Program-made: the position numbers and the translations under genes
Notes under the pieces: generated by a model
What the model was told of the DNA's origin: nothing
Seen by the model: only the letters and a program-made list of their open reading frames with translations
The model's database searches: none
From: a virus
Lineage: Duplodnaviria > Caudoviricetes
DNA length: 55,295 nt
Virus record (IMG/VR): IMGVR_UViG_3300005935_000016
Coordinates: 1 to 55,295 of that record
Direction: 5' to 3' (one strand)
Shown here: positions 9,174 to 19,371 of the stretch, one piece after another
How the letters are laid out: every line of letters starts with the position of its first letter
Numbering within the stretch: position 1 is the first letter of the stretch

Positions 9174-9701
9174 ATGAAATATTTTAGTTTATTTAGTGGA
9201 ATAGGTGGGTTTGAAAAAGCCATAGAAACAATAATACCAGATGCAAAATGTGTAGGATATTCAGAAATAGATAAGTATGCTATAAAAACATACGAGAAAA
9301 ATTTTGGACTAGGAGTCAAAAACTACGGAGACATAACAACAATTAACGTAGGTGAATTACCAGATTTCGATTTGTTATTAGGTGGAGTACCATGTCAAAG
9401 TTGGTCTATCGCAGGAAAACGAAAAGGGTTCGAAGACATTAGAGGAACAATGTGGTTTGAATCTTTTAAAATTTTAAAAGAAAAACAACCTAAATATTTT
9501 ATATTTGAAAATGTTAAAGGATTATTATCTCACGATAAGGGGAATAGTTTCGAACGGTTGTGTGAACATATGTGTAGTTTAGGATATGTAATAGATTTCA
9601 CTGTGTTAAACTCTAAAAACTTAGGCGTTCCACAAAATCGAGAACGTGTTTTTATTTGGGGAATAAGAGGTGACTTACTTGACAAAGAACAAATTATATG
9701 A
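9174..9701 (+). CDS. dcm: C5-cytosine DNA methyltransferase, N-terminal fragment (motifs I-VIII)
   Basis: LFSGIGG, GVPCQSWS, FENVKG, PQNRERVF; motifs IX-X are absent. Confidence 0.9.
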   Translation: MKYFSLFSGIGGFEKAIETIIPDAKCVGYSEIDKYAIKTYEKNFGLGVKNYGDITTINVGELPDFDLLLGGVPCQSWSIAGKRKGFEDIRGTMWFESFKILKEKQPKYFIFENVKGLLSHDKGNSFERLCEHMCSLGYVIDFTVLNSKNLGVPQNRERVFIWGIRGDLLDKEQII

Positions 9702-10098
9702 AGAGATGTATTTAAAATATCAAGACGGTTATTCGTTAGCCCAAGTTGGTGATGTGTTTGGAATGACTAGACAGTCCGTTTATTGTGGATTCAAAAGAAG
9801 AAAATTTATTTTAAGAATTAAAAAGAAATTAAAACATCTGATGTTTAATAATGTAAAATTTACTCCACAAAACAATGGATATTATAGGAATACAAACAGA
9901 AAAAAGGATTGCTTAATGCACCGATATGTTTGGGAATTTCACAATGGTAATATACCAAAAGGGTTTGACATACACCACAAAGATAGAGATAAATCGAATA
10001 ACATAATTAAAAATTTGGAGATGATAGAACATGGAAAACATGCCAGTAAATATTCAACCGGAAATAATCAATATACTAAAAAAATGGAGGAACAATAG
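9670..10098 (+). mobile_element. HNH homing endonuclease with N-terminal HTH, inserted in dcm
   Basis: SLAQVGDVFGMTRQSV helix-turn-helix; MHRYVWE..IHHKDRDKSNN..NL..H. Confidence 0.85.
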
Positions 10099-10101
10099 CG
10101 A

Positions 10102-10836
10102 ATGGAAAATGAAAAAGAGACTGTTAAACAACTCAAACATTCAGATGTGGTGCAGTCCATTACAACAAATAAAGATAATGAGCGAGTTAAGTCCTATTAT
10201 GACAACATTATCGGAAGTTTTAGAGGAACAAGTGGATCAGAAATATTACCTTTCAGAGAAAGCGATAAATCGACTAACAAGACACACGGGATTCAAGAGC
10301 AAATTGCATCAACTCTAACTACTGCTGAAATGAAAGTAGGCAGGGGTATGAATATGATTGCAGATTTTCGTTACGATGAAGGATTACGAATACGAAAAAA
10401 CAATATTACTCCATGTTTATGTGCTACAAATCATTCTGAAAATGATCCTAGCTCAATGCCTGGAATTGTAATAAGACATCCTTTAAAATTTATTAACAGA
10501 AACCAAAAAAATATAAAAGGAGATTACACATACACGGTAGATTCAGCAAACACTGGAGGAGTGATGATACAATCACATTGTCCTAGAAGTGGCAATCCTA
10601 ATAAAGGCGGTACGGGTTTATTAGAATCATCAAAACATTGTTTTACTTTAGATCGATCACCATATTATGTTAATAAAATTAGACGATTAACACCAACAGA
10701 ATGCGAACGATTACAAGGGTTTCCTGATGGTTGGACTAACAGTGTATCTGACACGCAAAGATATAAACAGTGTGGCAACGCAGTAACAGTTAGTGTGATT
10801 GAAACCATTATGACAAAACTAAAAGAGGTATTATAA
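10102..10836 (+). CDS. dcm: C5-cytosine DNA methyltransferase, C-terminal fragment (TRD, motifs IX-X)
   Basis: IRRLTPTECERLQGFPD and RYKQCGNAV. Confidence 0.85.
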   Translation: MENEKETVKQLKHSDVVQSITTNKDNERVKSYYDNIIGSFRGTSGSEILPFRESDKSTNKTHGIQEQIASTLTTAEMKVGRGMNMIADFRYDEGLRIRKNNITPCLCATNHSENDPSSMPGIVIRHPLKFINRNQKNIKGDYTYTVDSANTGGVMIQSHCPRSGNPNKGGTGLLESSKHCFTLDRSPYYVNKIRRLTPTECERLQGFPDGWTNSVSDTQRYKQCGNAVTVSVIETIMTKLKEVL

Positions 10837-10837
10837 C

Positions 10838-12613
10838 TTGAGTTTCCCAAAAGACGTACTTATATTCGACATCGAGACGAGAACTCCGACAGGCAAACCT
10901 AATCCAGATGTCGATATTTTTAGATTTTTTGGCGCGAATAGTTATAAACACGGCAAGTATTATTTCTACAACGAACACGAAAAAGAAAACATATTACAAT
11001 TATTATCCGAACATCCTATTATAATTGGATTTAATTCCAAAGAATATGATATGCCAATCATGCAACGAGACGGTATTTGGAGAGAATATAAATCGCACAT
11101 TGATCTTAGGGAGACAATAAAAAAAAGACAAATCCTTTTAGACTGCAAGCAAGAAGCCAAGTCTCTAAAGAACATGGCTATCTTTTTCGGATTAGACGTT
11201 TCTAAGGGAGATTTAGATTATAGTCTTTTGAACAAAGACCGACTAACACGAGAAGAGTTACTAGAAATAGAAAAATATACAATAAAAGATATAGAAGTTA
11301 CTAAAGGTGTGTATGAACATTTGTTTAACTTTTTTTTACCGTTTAAAGGTTATATGAACGATTACGATCAAGAAAAGTTAAAATGGATATCGGCAAGTCC
11401 TGGTGCCTATGCTTATAAAGTTATTTGCCATCAGACTGGAATCCCAGAAGAATACAGTGAAGATACTGAACGAAAAAAATTTGAAGGTGGATTTGTATCA
11501 GCACCGTTTGTTGATTATGCTAAAGATGATATATATTGTTTAGACTTCAATTCCCTTTACCCGCATTGTTTTATTCAAGCTAACTTATACTCACATTCAT
11601 GTATGTGTTGTGATAGAAACGAAAAGTGGGCTGGTAATGAGTTATATCCGGTCAATGGTCGATATTGTACTAAGAAGCGTGGGTTGATTGAAAATTTCCT
11701 AATAAGACTATACAACGAAAGGTTGGAATATAAAAAAACCAAGGATCGTCGAGAGTTTGTAAATAAGATTATTTTGAACACGATGTATGGGATTAGTGGT
11801 TCGCCTATTTTTAAAAATGTTTATAATTATAACACAGCCTCCGATTGTACATTAATGGCACGAAATTCTACTAAGTATGCGCGAAAAGTTTTTCAAGAGG
11901 CGGGTTACCAAGTTTTATATTCTGACACTGATTCTGTCTTTTTGAAAGACGTGTTTAAAGACAAAAAGCGTTTGTTGGATGTTAAGAACAAGATAATAAA
12001 ACACATCAAGGAAAATCTACCATTTCCCATTGACACTTTCAGCATGGGCATTGACGCCGAAATTAAACACATTTGGTTCTTTAAAAAAGATGGCGAATAT
12101 CTAAAGAAACATTATGTGTACGTTGAAAACAATGGCCGAGTTACAGTCAAAGGATTGCCGATGATTAAAGGAGACGGTTCGGGCATTGGACTATTAATAT
12201 TTAATAAATACATGAAAAAACATGTCGAACACGGAAAACTAAAGTTCAGTCTTAGAGAAATTCAAAAATGGTTGGCGCTTGAATTAAAAAATAACATGGA
12301 GATTGTATCGCGGGTTTTTAACGTTCACGATCCAAACACATACAAAAACACTTCACAATTACAATACCAAATTGCTAAGAAGTATGGTGCGGGACGACAT
12401 AGAATAATTGTTAATAAAAAATTTGGGGTCGGTAAATCAAAAAGATATTGTACGATTCAAGAATTCGAACAGTTAGATTTAAAGATACGAGATTTAGACT
12501 TAGGAAAATTCTGGAGTGAAATGGAATACTTTATATCGGAATTTTCAAATTTTAAAAATAGAGCGAAGTTGATTGAGACGGCTTCGAAACATAAAACATT
12601 AGATCCGTGGTGA
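10838..12613 (+). CDS. polB: Family B DNA polymerase
   Basis: Exo FDIET, GFNSKEYD; polymerase DFNSLYP, KIILNTMYG, YSDTDS, KKHY. Confidence 0.95.
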   Translation: MSFPKDVLIFDIETRTPTGKPNPDVDIFRFFGANSYKHGKYYFYNEHEKENILQLLSEHPIIIGFNSKEYDMPIMQRDGIWREYKSHIDLRETIKKRQILLDCKQEAKSLKNMAIFFGLDVSKGDLDYSLLNKDRLTREELLEIEKYTIKDIEVTKGVYEHLFNFFLPFKGYMNDYDQEKLKWISASPGAYAYKVICHQTGIPEEYSEDTERKKFEGGFVSAPFVDYAKDDIYCLDFNSLYPHCFIQANLYSHSCMCCDRNEKWAGNELYPVNGRYCTKKRGLIENFLIRLYNERLEYKKTKDRREFVNKIILNTMYGISGSPIFKNVYNYNTASDCTLMARNSTKYARKVFQEAGYQVLYSDTDSVFLKDVFKDKKRLLDVKNKIIKHIKENLPFPIDTFSMGIDAEIKHIWFFKKDGEYLKKHYVYVENNGRVTVKGLPMIKGDGSGIGLLIFNKYMKKHVEHGKLKFSLREIQKWLALELKNNMEIVSRVFNVHDPNTYKNTSQLQYQIAKKYGAGRHRIIVNKKFGVGKSKRYCTIQEFEQLDLKIRDLDLGKFWSEMEYFISEFSNFKNRAKLIETASKHKTLDPW

Positions 12614-12619
12614 TAAAAA

Positions 12620-12961
12620 ATGAAAAAAGAAAATAAAATGGTACTTGTAGAAAGTCCTTTTGCAGGTGATGTAGAAAAAAATATAATATATGCGAGAAAG
12701 TGTATGAAAGATTGTTTTAGTAGGGGAGAGTTTCCGTTTGCCTCACATTTATTATATACACAAGACGGAATTTTAGACGACGATATTAAAGAGGAAAGAA
12801 CGCTGGGCATTGGCGCAGGTTTAGCATGGGGAAAGTTTGCTAATAAAACTATTGTTTATACTGATTTGGGAATTTCTCGGGGAATGACATTCGGCATTGA
12901 AGAAGCTAAAAAACAAGGAAGAACTATAGAGTATAGGACGTTAGAAAATGAAATTGAATAA
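12620..12961 (+). CDS. Nucleoside 2-deoxyribosyltransferase-like conserved viral protein
   Basis: ESPFAGD..ASHLLY..LDDD..ER..G..DLGISRGM..G pattern. Confidence 0.55.
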   Translation: MKKENKMVLVESPFAGDVEKNIIYARKCMKDCFSRGEFPFASHLLYTQDGILDDDIKEERTLGIGAGLAWGKFANKTIVYTDLGISRGMTFGIEEAKKQGRTIEYRTLENEIE

Positions 12962-14103
12962 GATACACAACATGGATTGCCTAGAGGGTATGAAACAGTT
13001 AGACGAAAACAGCATCGATACTATAATCACTGACCCCACCCTATGGGCTAAGTTTCATGGGAAAGAAATGGGACTATGATGTGCCAAGTAAAGACATCTG
13101 GAAAGAATGTCTTAGGGTATTGAAACCTGGTGGCACACTGTTATGTTTCGCTGGAAGTAGGACACAGCACAGAATGGCTGTCAATGTTGAAGATGCTGGA
13201 TTTATTTTAAAAGATTGTATAATGTGGTTGTATGGAAGTGGTTTTCCGAAAGCGACAGATATTAGTAAGCAATTAGACAAAAAGGCTGGAGCAAAAAGAG
13301 AAATAATAGGCAAACAAAAAAATAAATCTGGTATTGGTAATAAAAATTGTGAGCATTACACTGTAGGAGGAACAAAAGCAATAGAAATTAATATTACAGC
13401 ACCATCCACCGAGCCTGCAAAACTCTGGAATGGTTGGAAATCTCACGGCCTAAAGCCTGCATACGAACCGATACTGGTTGCAGTTAAACCTAACGATGGC
13501 ACTTACGCTAACAACGCTTTAAAGTGGGGCGTTAGTGGGTTGTGGATTGATGGGGGAAGGATAGGGACAGATGTTATTCCAGCGCAAAAACGAGGAAACG
13601 CTGTTAATACTGATTTTATGAGTGGTGGTTTTACACCGGAACGAACTGGTCGTTTCCCTGCAAACATCATCCACGATGGTTTGAATGGTGAAGAATGGAG
13701 TAGATATTTTTACTGTGCAAAGGCGTCAAGATCCGAACGAAATCTCGGATGTGATGAAATTAAAAAAAGAGAAAAAGCACAATTAGCAGGCGCAAATAAT
13801 GACAAACCCATTGAAGAATTGGATGATGTTTCTAAAAGATATAGAAGCAAACCAATGTCCAACATACATCCGACAGTCAAACCACTTAAACTAATAGAAT
13901 ATCTGTGCAAACTTACAAAAACACCAACTGGTGGAATTGTATTAGACCCATTCTGTGGTTCAGGAACAACTTGTATTGCTGCATACAAAACTGGAAGAAA
14001 GTTTATAGGATTTGATAGAGAAAAAGAATATTGTGAAATCGCCGAAGCAAGGGTTAAACATCACATGGAGAAAAACGAAGATGACAAACATAAGATTAAG
14101 TAA
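12948..14103 (+). pseudogene. N4-cytosine/N6-adenine DNA methyltransferase with +1 frameshift in DPPY
   Basis: ATG 12948 gives MKLNKIHNMDCLEGM..IITDP; removing one C at 13034-13037 restores DPPYGLSFMGKKWD; HPTVKP and LDPFCGSGTT lie downstream. Confidence 0.85.
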
Positions 14104-14773
14104 TAGTAAGATTGGATCATTCGATTCATGTCAGTGGAAATACAAACTAAGTTACATTGACAAAATCAGGTCGACGAAAACACCAGAACAATTAAAGATT
14201 GGAATTGAAGTTCACGATATATTCGATTTGAGCTATAAAGAAAACAGCACACCGGAAGAACTCGAGAAATGGATTAAAAGTCATAAAAAGTATGATGAAT
14301 ACAAACTTCACTTAGACAACTTTTTAAATTTAAATAAACATTTGTACAAGTTCCATAACAAGATTAAGCCCGAGTATGCTGAATTAAAATTGTACAATGA
14401 AGAGTGGAATTTCGTGGGAATCATCGACCGAGTTGACGTATATGGTGACAAGGTAATAATGATAGACTATAAAACTGGTAAAGAAAAACAGATTAAAGAA
14501 TTTTATCAACAGCTAGCGTCTTACGTTAAATTGTTCGAAGATCAATATGGAAAAAAAGTCACACACTGGGGAATTTTCTTTAGTAAAACTGGTGGTTACA
14601 TAATAGAAAAGGTGAAACCTAACGAAGTTGTAAAAGCTGATTCAAAAATCCATAAGTCGAGAAGTAAGATTTTGACTAAGATGAGCGACCCGAACGCGGT
14701 ATGGGCTAAAAATACGTGGCTGTGTAGATGGTGTTCATACTACCCAGACATCTGTAATGGTAAAAATGACTAA
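14081..14773 (+). CDS. PD-(D/E)XK RecB/Cas4-like exonuclease with 4-Cys staple
   Basis: SCQWKY, GIEVH, GIIDR, IDYKTG, QLASY, CRWC..C; ATG 14081 after GGAG. Confidence 0.85.
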   Translation: MTNIRLSNSKIGSFDSCQWKYKLSYIDKIRSTKTPEQLKIGIEVHDIFDLSYKENSTPEELEKWIKSHKKYDEYKLHLDNFLNLNKHLYKFHNKIKPEYAELKLYNEEWNFVGIIDRVDVYGDKVIMIDYKTGKEKQIKEFYQQLASYVKLFEDQYGKKVTHWGIFFSKTGGYIIEKVKPNEVVKADSKIHKSRSKILTKMSDPNAVWAKNTWLCRWCSYYPDICNGKND

Positions 14774-15059
14774 GAGTATAAAGGATTTGATAATGCACGA
14801 GAATGCGTTTAAGATTTTAAAGGGAATATGTTACTTCCCCAAAGATTCGGTTTTTAGTATTTGGTCTTTGTCTAAAAATCTTGGAATGTATAATCACACT
14901 GCATTGTCTATTATGAATGACCTTGAAAAGTTTGAGTTAATAGAATGGACGAGAAAATCGTCCAAAACCACTCATATCTGTTTATCGGAAAAGGGAAAGT
15001 ACGCGTTAAATTTGTTGGAGTACATCTATACCTGTATGGATAATATATATACTAAGTAA
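14766..15059 (+). CDS. Winged-helix transcription regulator
   Basis: SIWSLSKNLG..LEKFELIE..LSEKG MarR/ArsR-like pattern. Confidence 0.65.
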   Translation: MTKSIKDLIMHENAFKILKGICYFPKDSVFSIWSLSKNLGMYNHTALSIMNDLEKFELIEWTRKSSKTTHICLSEKGKYALNLLEYIYTCMDNIYTK

Positions 15060-15075
15060 TAATAAAGTTTATAAA
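15058..15075 (+). promoter_or_regulatory. Archaeal BRE+TATA promoter of a leaderless transcript
   Basis: AATAATAAAGTTTATAAA; ATG 15098 lies 22 nt after the TATA box with no SD. Confidence 0.65.
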
Positions 15076-15097
15076 GGGTGAAGGTTTATATATATAA

Positions 15098-15487
15098 ATG
15101 GACACGTCTACAATTTTAAAAGATTTCGTTGGTCTTCCACAAAAAATTTATAACTCAGAGACACGTTATTTCGAACTAGAGACCACTAAAGAATCTCTGA
15201 TTCGGACTCTGAAAGAGTTAAAAATGAATTATATGAAACAAATAATTTTAGAAGTCTGTGAGAATAATCAAAAAAAGTTTAAAAATGAAACTCACCGTAA
15301 TTCAGAATTGAATGCTAGGTTAAAAATGGACGTAATATATTTAAAATTAACCACCGATATAACCAACGTCAACAATTTATTAAATGATATTAAAGCAACA
15401 TTAAACCTATTAAACAATACTCGAGTAGTATACGATAGGATTTTACAATTCACCAGTAAATCAACCATAACAAATGATTTACGCTAA
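15098..15487 (+). CDS. Coiled-coil hypothetical protein
   Basis: Heptad-rich ORF directly after the promoter. Confidence 0.6.
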   Translation: MDTSTILKDFVGLPQKIYNSETRYFELETTKESLIRTLKELKMNYMKQIILEVCENNQKKFKNETHRNSELNARLKMDVIYLKLTTDITNVNNLLNDIKATLNLLNNTRVVYDRILQFTSKSTITNDLR

Positions 15488-15496
15488 TCATAAAAC

Positions 15497-15706
15497 ATGA
15501 AAAGAAAATACGAATTAGGCAGTATCGCCGGGATTTCGTCCCGAACTAAAGTTAAATTAAGAGTATTAGGAAACAACCAAGGCAAATCTGTGTATGGCGT
15601 TACGTTACCACGACAAATTGCTTTGGGTTTCTTAGAAATCGACAGCTTTCTAGTCTACACGAGTGGATTAGGAATAGTATTAGAACCTGCAGCCCAGGAA
15701 CAGTAA
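15497..15706 (+). CDS. AbrB/SpoVT-like small DNA-binding protein
   Basis: SVYGVTLPRQIA..IVLEP swapped-hairpin pattern. Confidence 0.5.
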   Translation: MKRKYELGSIAGISSRTKVKLRVLGNNQGKSVYGVTLPRQIALGFLEIDSFLVYTSGLGIVLEPAAQEQ

Positions 15707-16101
15707 TGACAAAAATATTAACGTGTGATAACACAACAATTTTCAGACCAAATTTCAGTAATATAAGATTTACTGGCGAATTCTCTATAACAGATAGTCC
15801 GCGCTATGGAGTAACGACTCCACTATTTCCAGGCATCGTGACTTGGAAATGTACTAGTTGCAGAAACATTTTACCAGTTAAAGATATTACTGCACTACAA
15901 TTAGACTTAGTACAAACAAACAAATTTAGAATACCTTACAATTCTGGAGTATTATACGTTTGCCCCTGTTGTTTTGAACCATTGTACATTTTTGGTTTAG
16001 GGGATATTGCAATTTATAATGACAGAGAGATAGCCATCATCAACATGTGTAATTGGCTAAAAAAAGAATACGACAAACAAGAGAACGAAAACAATGGTTA
16101 A
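15706..16101 (+). CDS. Zn-ribbon protein
   Basis: CTSC and CPCC motifs. Confidence 0.55.
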   Translation: MTKILTCDNTTIFRPNFSNIRFTGEFSITDSPRYGVTTPLFPGIVTWKCTSCRNILPVKDITALQLDLVQTNKFRIPYNSGVLYVCPCCFEPLYIFGLGDIAIYNDREIAIINMCNWLKKEYDKQENENNG

Positions 16102-17404
16102 AATAAACGAACTTCCATATAGGATTTTAGGATTAAGCGATAGTCCTTTGACATGTACTGGCTTTGCCACATGTACTAAAGAATTATTAAACGGATTATC
16201 AAAAAACGCACACTTAGACGTACATTACTTGGCACACAATTATTTGGGTCAGAAACTAATGCCAGGCGTAGAATTTGAAGATGGCACTAAGTTAAATTTC
16301 AAATTACACGGACATGGTATGAGACCATATTGTGAAGATGTAATTGAACCAGTAATCAAAGATCTAAAAGCTAACATTTTCTATGTATGTTTAGACACGT
16401 TTATGTTGTGGCCATGGTTCTTAAATAAAAACTTAACACCAGCTAAAACTATATTCCATTTCCCTAGTGACGGTGCGGGCAATCTTCCAGCACAAGATGA
16501 AGGAAATGATTGTATGAGAATTTTACAAAAAGTAGATTTACCAGTTGCAATGAGTAAGTTTGCACAACGTCAAGTTAAGGAAAAATATAATATGGAAGTT
16601 CCATACATACCATTAGGCGTTCACACATCTAAGTTTTTTCCATTTCCAGCTGAATTAAAAGCTCAAAATAGACAACAGATGGGATTATTTACTATTAACT
16701 CAGTAACTAAACAGAAAGTTCAAGTTCCAAACTCAGTGTTACAAAACAAGTTTATCATTGGTTCGGTGTTTAGAAATCAACCGAGAAAATTCCCGGATAG
16801 AATAGTTAAAACATTGAAGGTATTATTACACGAAAAGAAAGTTGAAGATTTTATTTGTATTTTACACACTGACCCGACAGATTTAGCAGCACCGTTTAAC
16901 ATACAGTATTTAGCTAACAGAGAAGGAGTTGGTCATAAGATATTATTTACTGACATGACGTTCTATAAAGGTCTTCCATCCGAAAAGATGGTTAACGTTT
17001 ATAACCTGTTTGATATATTTTATTTGCCAACATCTGGAGAAGGTTTCGGTATTCCATATCTCGAAGCAATGTCTTGCGGGATTCCGATCGTAGGAACTAA
17101 TTATACAACTATCCCAGAACTGGCATTAGAAGATGGTCAATGCGGAGAAGTAGTAGACTTAGTTGGCACTGAAAAAGATTCTCAACAAATTTACCACAAC
17201 GGTGAAATCACTGGATCGTGGACAGTTGAAAGAGGATTGGCCGATGTATTCGACGCAGCAGACAAGATTTTAAAACTAAAGAACAGTCCTGGTTTGATTG
17301 AACAATACGGAAAAGTCGGAAGAGAAAAAGCAATCAAATTTTACGATTGGTCTGTGTTGATTCCGCAATGGGAAAAGTTAATATTAGATTTAATCGAAAA
17401 ATGA
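16094..17404 (+). CDS. Glycosyltransferase, GT4 (GT-B)
   Basis: RNQPRK and PTSGEGFGIPYLEAMSCGIP. Confidence 0.9.
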   Translation: MVKINELPYRILGLSDSPLTCTGFATCTKELLNGLSKNAHLDVHYLAHNYLGQKLMPGVEFEDGTKLNFKLHGHGMRPYCEDVIEPVIKDLKANIFYVCLDTFMLWPWFLNKNLTPAKTIFHFPSDGAGNLPAQDEGNDCMRILQKVDLPVAMSKFAQRQVKEKYNMEVPYIPLGVHTSKFFPFPAELKAQNRQQMGLFTINSVTKQKVQVPNSVLQNKFIIGSVFRNQPRKFPDRIVKTLKVLLHEKKVEDFICILHTDPTDLAAPFNIQYLANREGVGHKILFTDMTFYKGLPSEKMVNVYNLFDIFYLPTSGEGFGIPYLEAMSCGIPIVGTNYTTIPELALEDGQCGEVVDLVGTEKDSQQIYHNGEITGSWTVERGLADVFDAADKILKLKNSPGLIEQYGKVGREKAIKFYDWSVLIPQWEKLILDLIEK

Positions 17405-17432
17405 TGTTTCATAAATAACAGACTAAATAAAA

Positions 17433-18650
17433 ATGAGTAAACATAGATTACTATTAGTAAACCCATCTGAAAGAGAAATTCTCGAATGTGCTGGTGACAG
17501 ACCGCCTTTGGGTTTAGCATACACAGCCGCTAACACAATCAAACACAGTTACCCAACTAGGATAATAGATCTAAATCACCAATCAGTTGGAGATATGTTT
17601 AGACTAGTCGCAGACTTTGAACCAACACACATTGGAATTGGTTTCACCACACCACTCGCTTACCAAGGTATGAATTTAGCTAGCAGATTATCAGAAGAAA
17701 CAGATGCAATTTTAATAGCCGGCGGAGCACATCCTTCGGCATTACCAAAATCACTAGAACAATATTTCGATGTAGTTATCAAAGGCGAAGGTGAACAAGC
17801 AACATTGGAAGTATTATCTCAAGACATAAGGGGGATACACCGTTCTAGATTAATACCAGACATAGACGTCTTACCATTACCAGCACGATATTTATTAGAC
17901 ATGGATAACTATGGCGTCGAACAGAACGGACAACGTACGGCCACTCTGATAACTTCTAGAGGGTGTTATGGTAAATGTGGGTATTGTTCTAAACAGGTGT
18001 TCGGCGGATCGGTTAGAATGTTGTCACCGGAACGAGTAGAAAGAGAAGTTAGACAATTGGTTGAGCAATATGGTTATAACTCATTATATTTCTTAGACGA
18101 TACATTTACTGCGAGTAAAGACAGGGTCGTTGATATCGCCGACAGAATATCTAAATTTGATTTAACATATAGAATAACAACTAGGGCTGATAGTATTGAC
18201 GAAATGACATTACAAGTACTGAGAAATTCGGGTTTATCAATGATCAGTCTCGGAATCGAACACGCTGACAATGAAGTATTAGAACACTCAAACAAGGGTA
18301 TGACAATAGAACAAAATCGAAAAATAATTCGAGCCGCACGAGAAATGGGAATTTATGTCAAAGGATTTTTTATACTAAATCTCCCTGGAGCGACTAAAGA
18401 AACGGCTTTAAGAACAGTAGAATTTGGACAAACCGAATGTGATTCAGCAGATTATTATCCACTAACATTATACCCGGGAACTAAGTTTTGGCAAAACCCT
18501 AATCGGTTTGGAATAACTAAACTATCTGAAAGTTTTGATTTCACTCAAGCTGGCAAAGAACAAAAGACCACTGGTGATTTCAATGCAGTTACAGATAGCA
18601 TGACATTAGATGAATTATTAGAAGTAATGGAGACAATTAAAGATGACTAA
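17433..18650 (+). CDS. Cobalamin-binding radical SAM enzyme
   Basis: PPLGLAY, GGAHPS, GEGE B12 domain; SRGCYGKCGYC. Confidence 0.9.
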   Translation: MSKHRLLLVNPSEREILECAGDRPPLGLAYTAANTIKHSYPTRIIDLNHQSVGDMFRLVADFEPTHIGIGFTTPLAYQGMNLASRLSEETDAILIAGGAHPSALPKSLEQYFDVVIKGEGEQATLEVLSQDIRGIHRSRLIPDIDVLPLPARYLLDMDNYGVEQNGQRTATLITSRGCYGKCGYCSKQVFGGSVRMLSPERVEREVRQLVEQYGYNSLYFLDDTFTASKDRVVDIADRISKFDLTYRITTRADSIDEMTLQVLRNSGLSMISLGIEHADNEVLEHSNKGMTIEQNRKIIRAAREMGIYVKGFFILNLPGATKETALRTVEFGQTECDSADYYPLTLYPGTKFWQNPNRFGITKLSESFDFTQAGKEQKTTGDFNAVTDSMTLDELLEVMETIKDD

Positions 18651-19371
18651 AATAAAACTCGTGATTGCGTATATTGTCCAGAACGAAGAGTTTTGGATGC
18701 CGTTAAGTTTAAAATCGGTATTACCAGTCGCAGACAAAATTATTATCATAGACGGATTTTCTAAAGATAAAACCTTAGAAAAAATAGACGAATTTAATGA
18801 CGAAAGAATAGAAATACATTCGATCAGATATAAAAGTGAATTAAAAACTGCTAATGGTAAACAACGTAATGAATACATCAAAATATTAAAAGAAAAATAT
18901 CCAGACTATTGGTGTTTAGTTTTAGATGCCGACGAAATCGTTAACGACAATTTTTATATGTTAAAAAAAGCACTCGAAAAGGCTGAGACAGACAACTTTA
19001 CTCATTTCGATATTCACATGGAACATTTTATTTGGAACTTATCATTGGTCGATAGTATTTCTGAAAGACATTATGTTCCCAGAAGATTGTTTAAGGTCTC
19101 TGACGTTAACAAATATCCAACCGTGGAACACCCAATATTATCAGTCAATGGACAATTAGGTAAAATGGACATGTTTACGATATTTCATTACGGGTATCTC
19201 AACGGTGTTAAAGATGTTATGAAAAAATATCACAATCATATAAAAAAGTCTAACATACATTCGAAAGAATTTTTAGATTCGTGGAAAATTTGTCATGTGT
19301 TGGGATCGTATCCAGTAAAAGAATACACAGGAACTCACCCAAAAGTTATTAAAGATTTTTTTGGAATATGA
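18643..19371 (+). CDS. Glycosyltransferase, GT2 (GT-A)
   Basis: QNEE, IDGFSKDKT, LVLDADE, HYGY. Confidence 0.85.
   Translation: MTKIKLVIAYIVQNEEFWMPLSLKSVLPVADKIIIIDGFSKDKTLEKIDEFNDERIEIHSIRYKSELKTANGKQRNEYIKILKEKYPDYWCLVLDADEIVNDNFYMLKKALEKAETDNFTHFDIHMEHFIWNLSLVDSISERHYVPRRLFKVSDVNKYPTVEHPILSVNGQLGKMDMFTIFHYGYLNGVKDVMKKYHNHIKKSNIHSKEFLDSWKICHVLGSYPVKEYTGTHPKVIKDFFGI

Noticed and set aside
9174-14773. Restriction-modification or CRISPR adaptation system
   Set aside because: The HNH sits inside dcm like a homing element, the MTases appear orphan, and there is no cas1/cas2.
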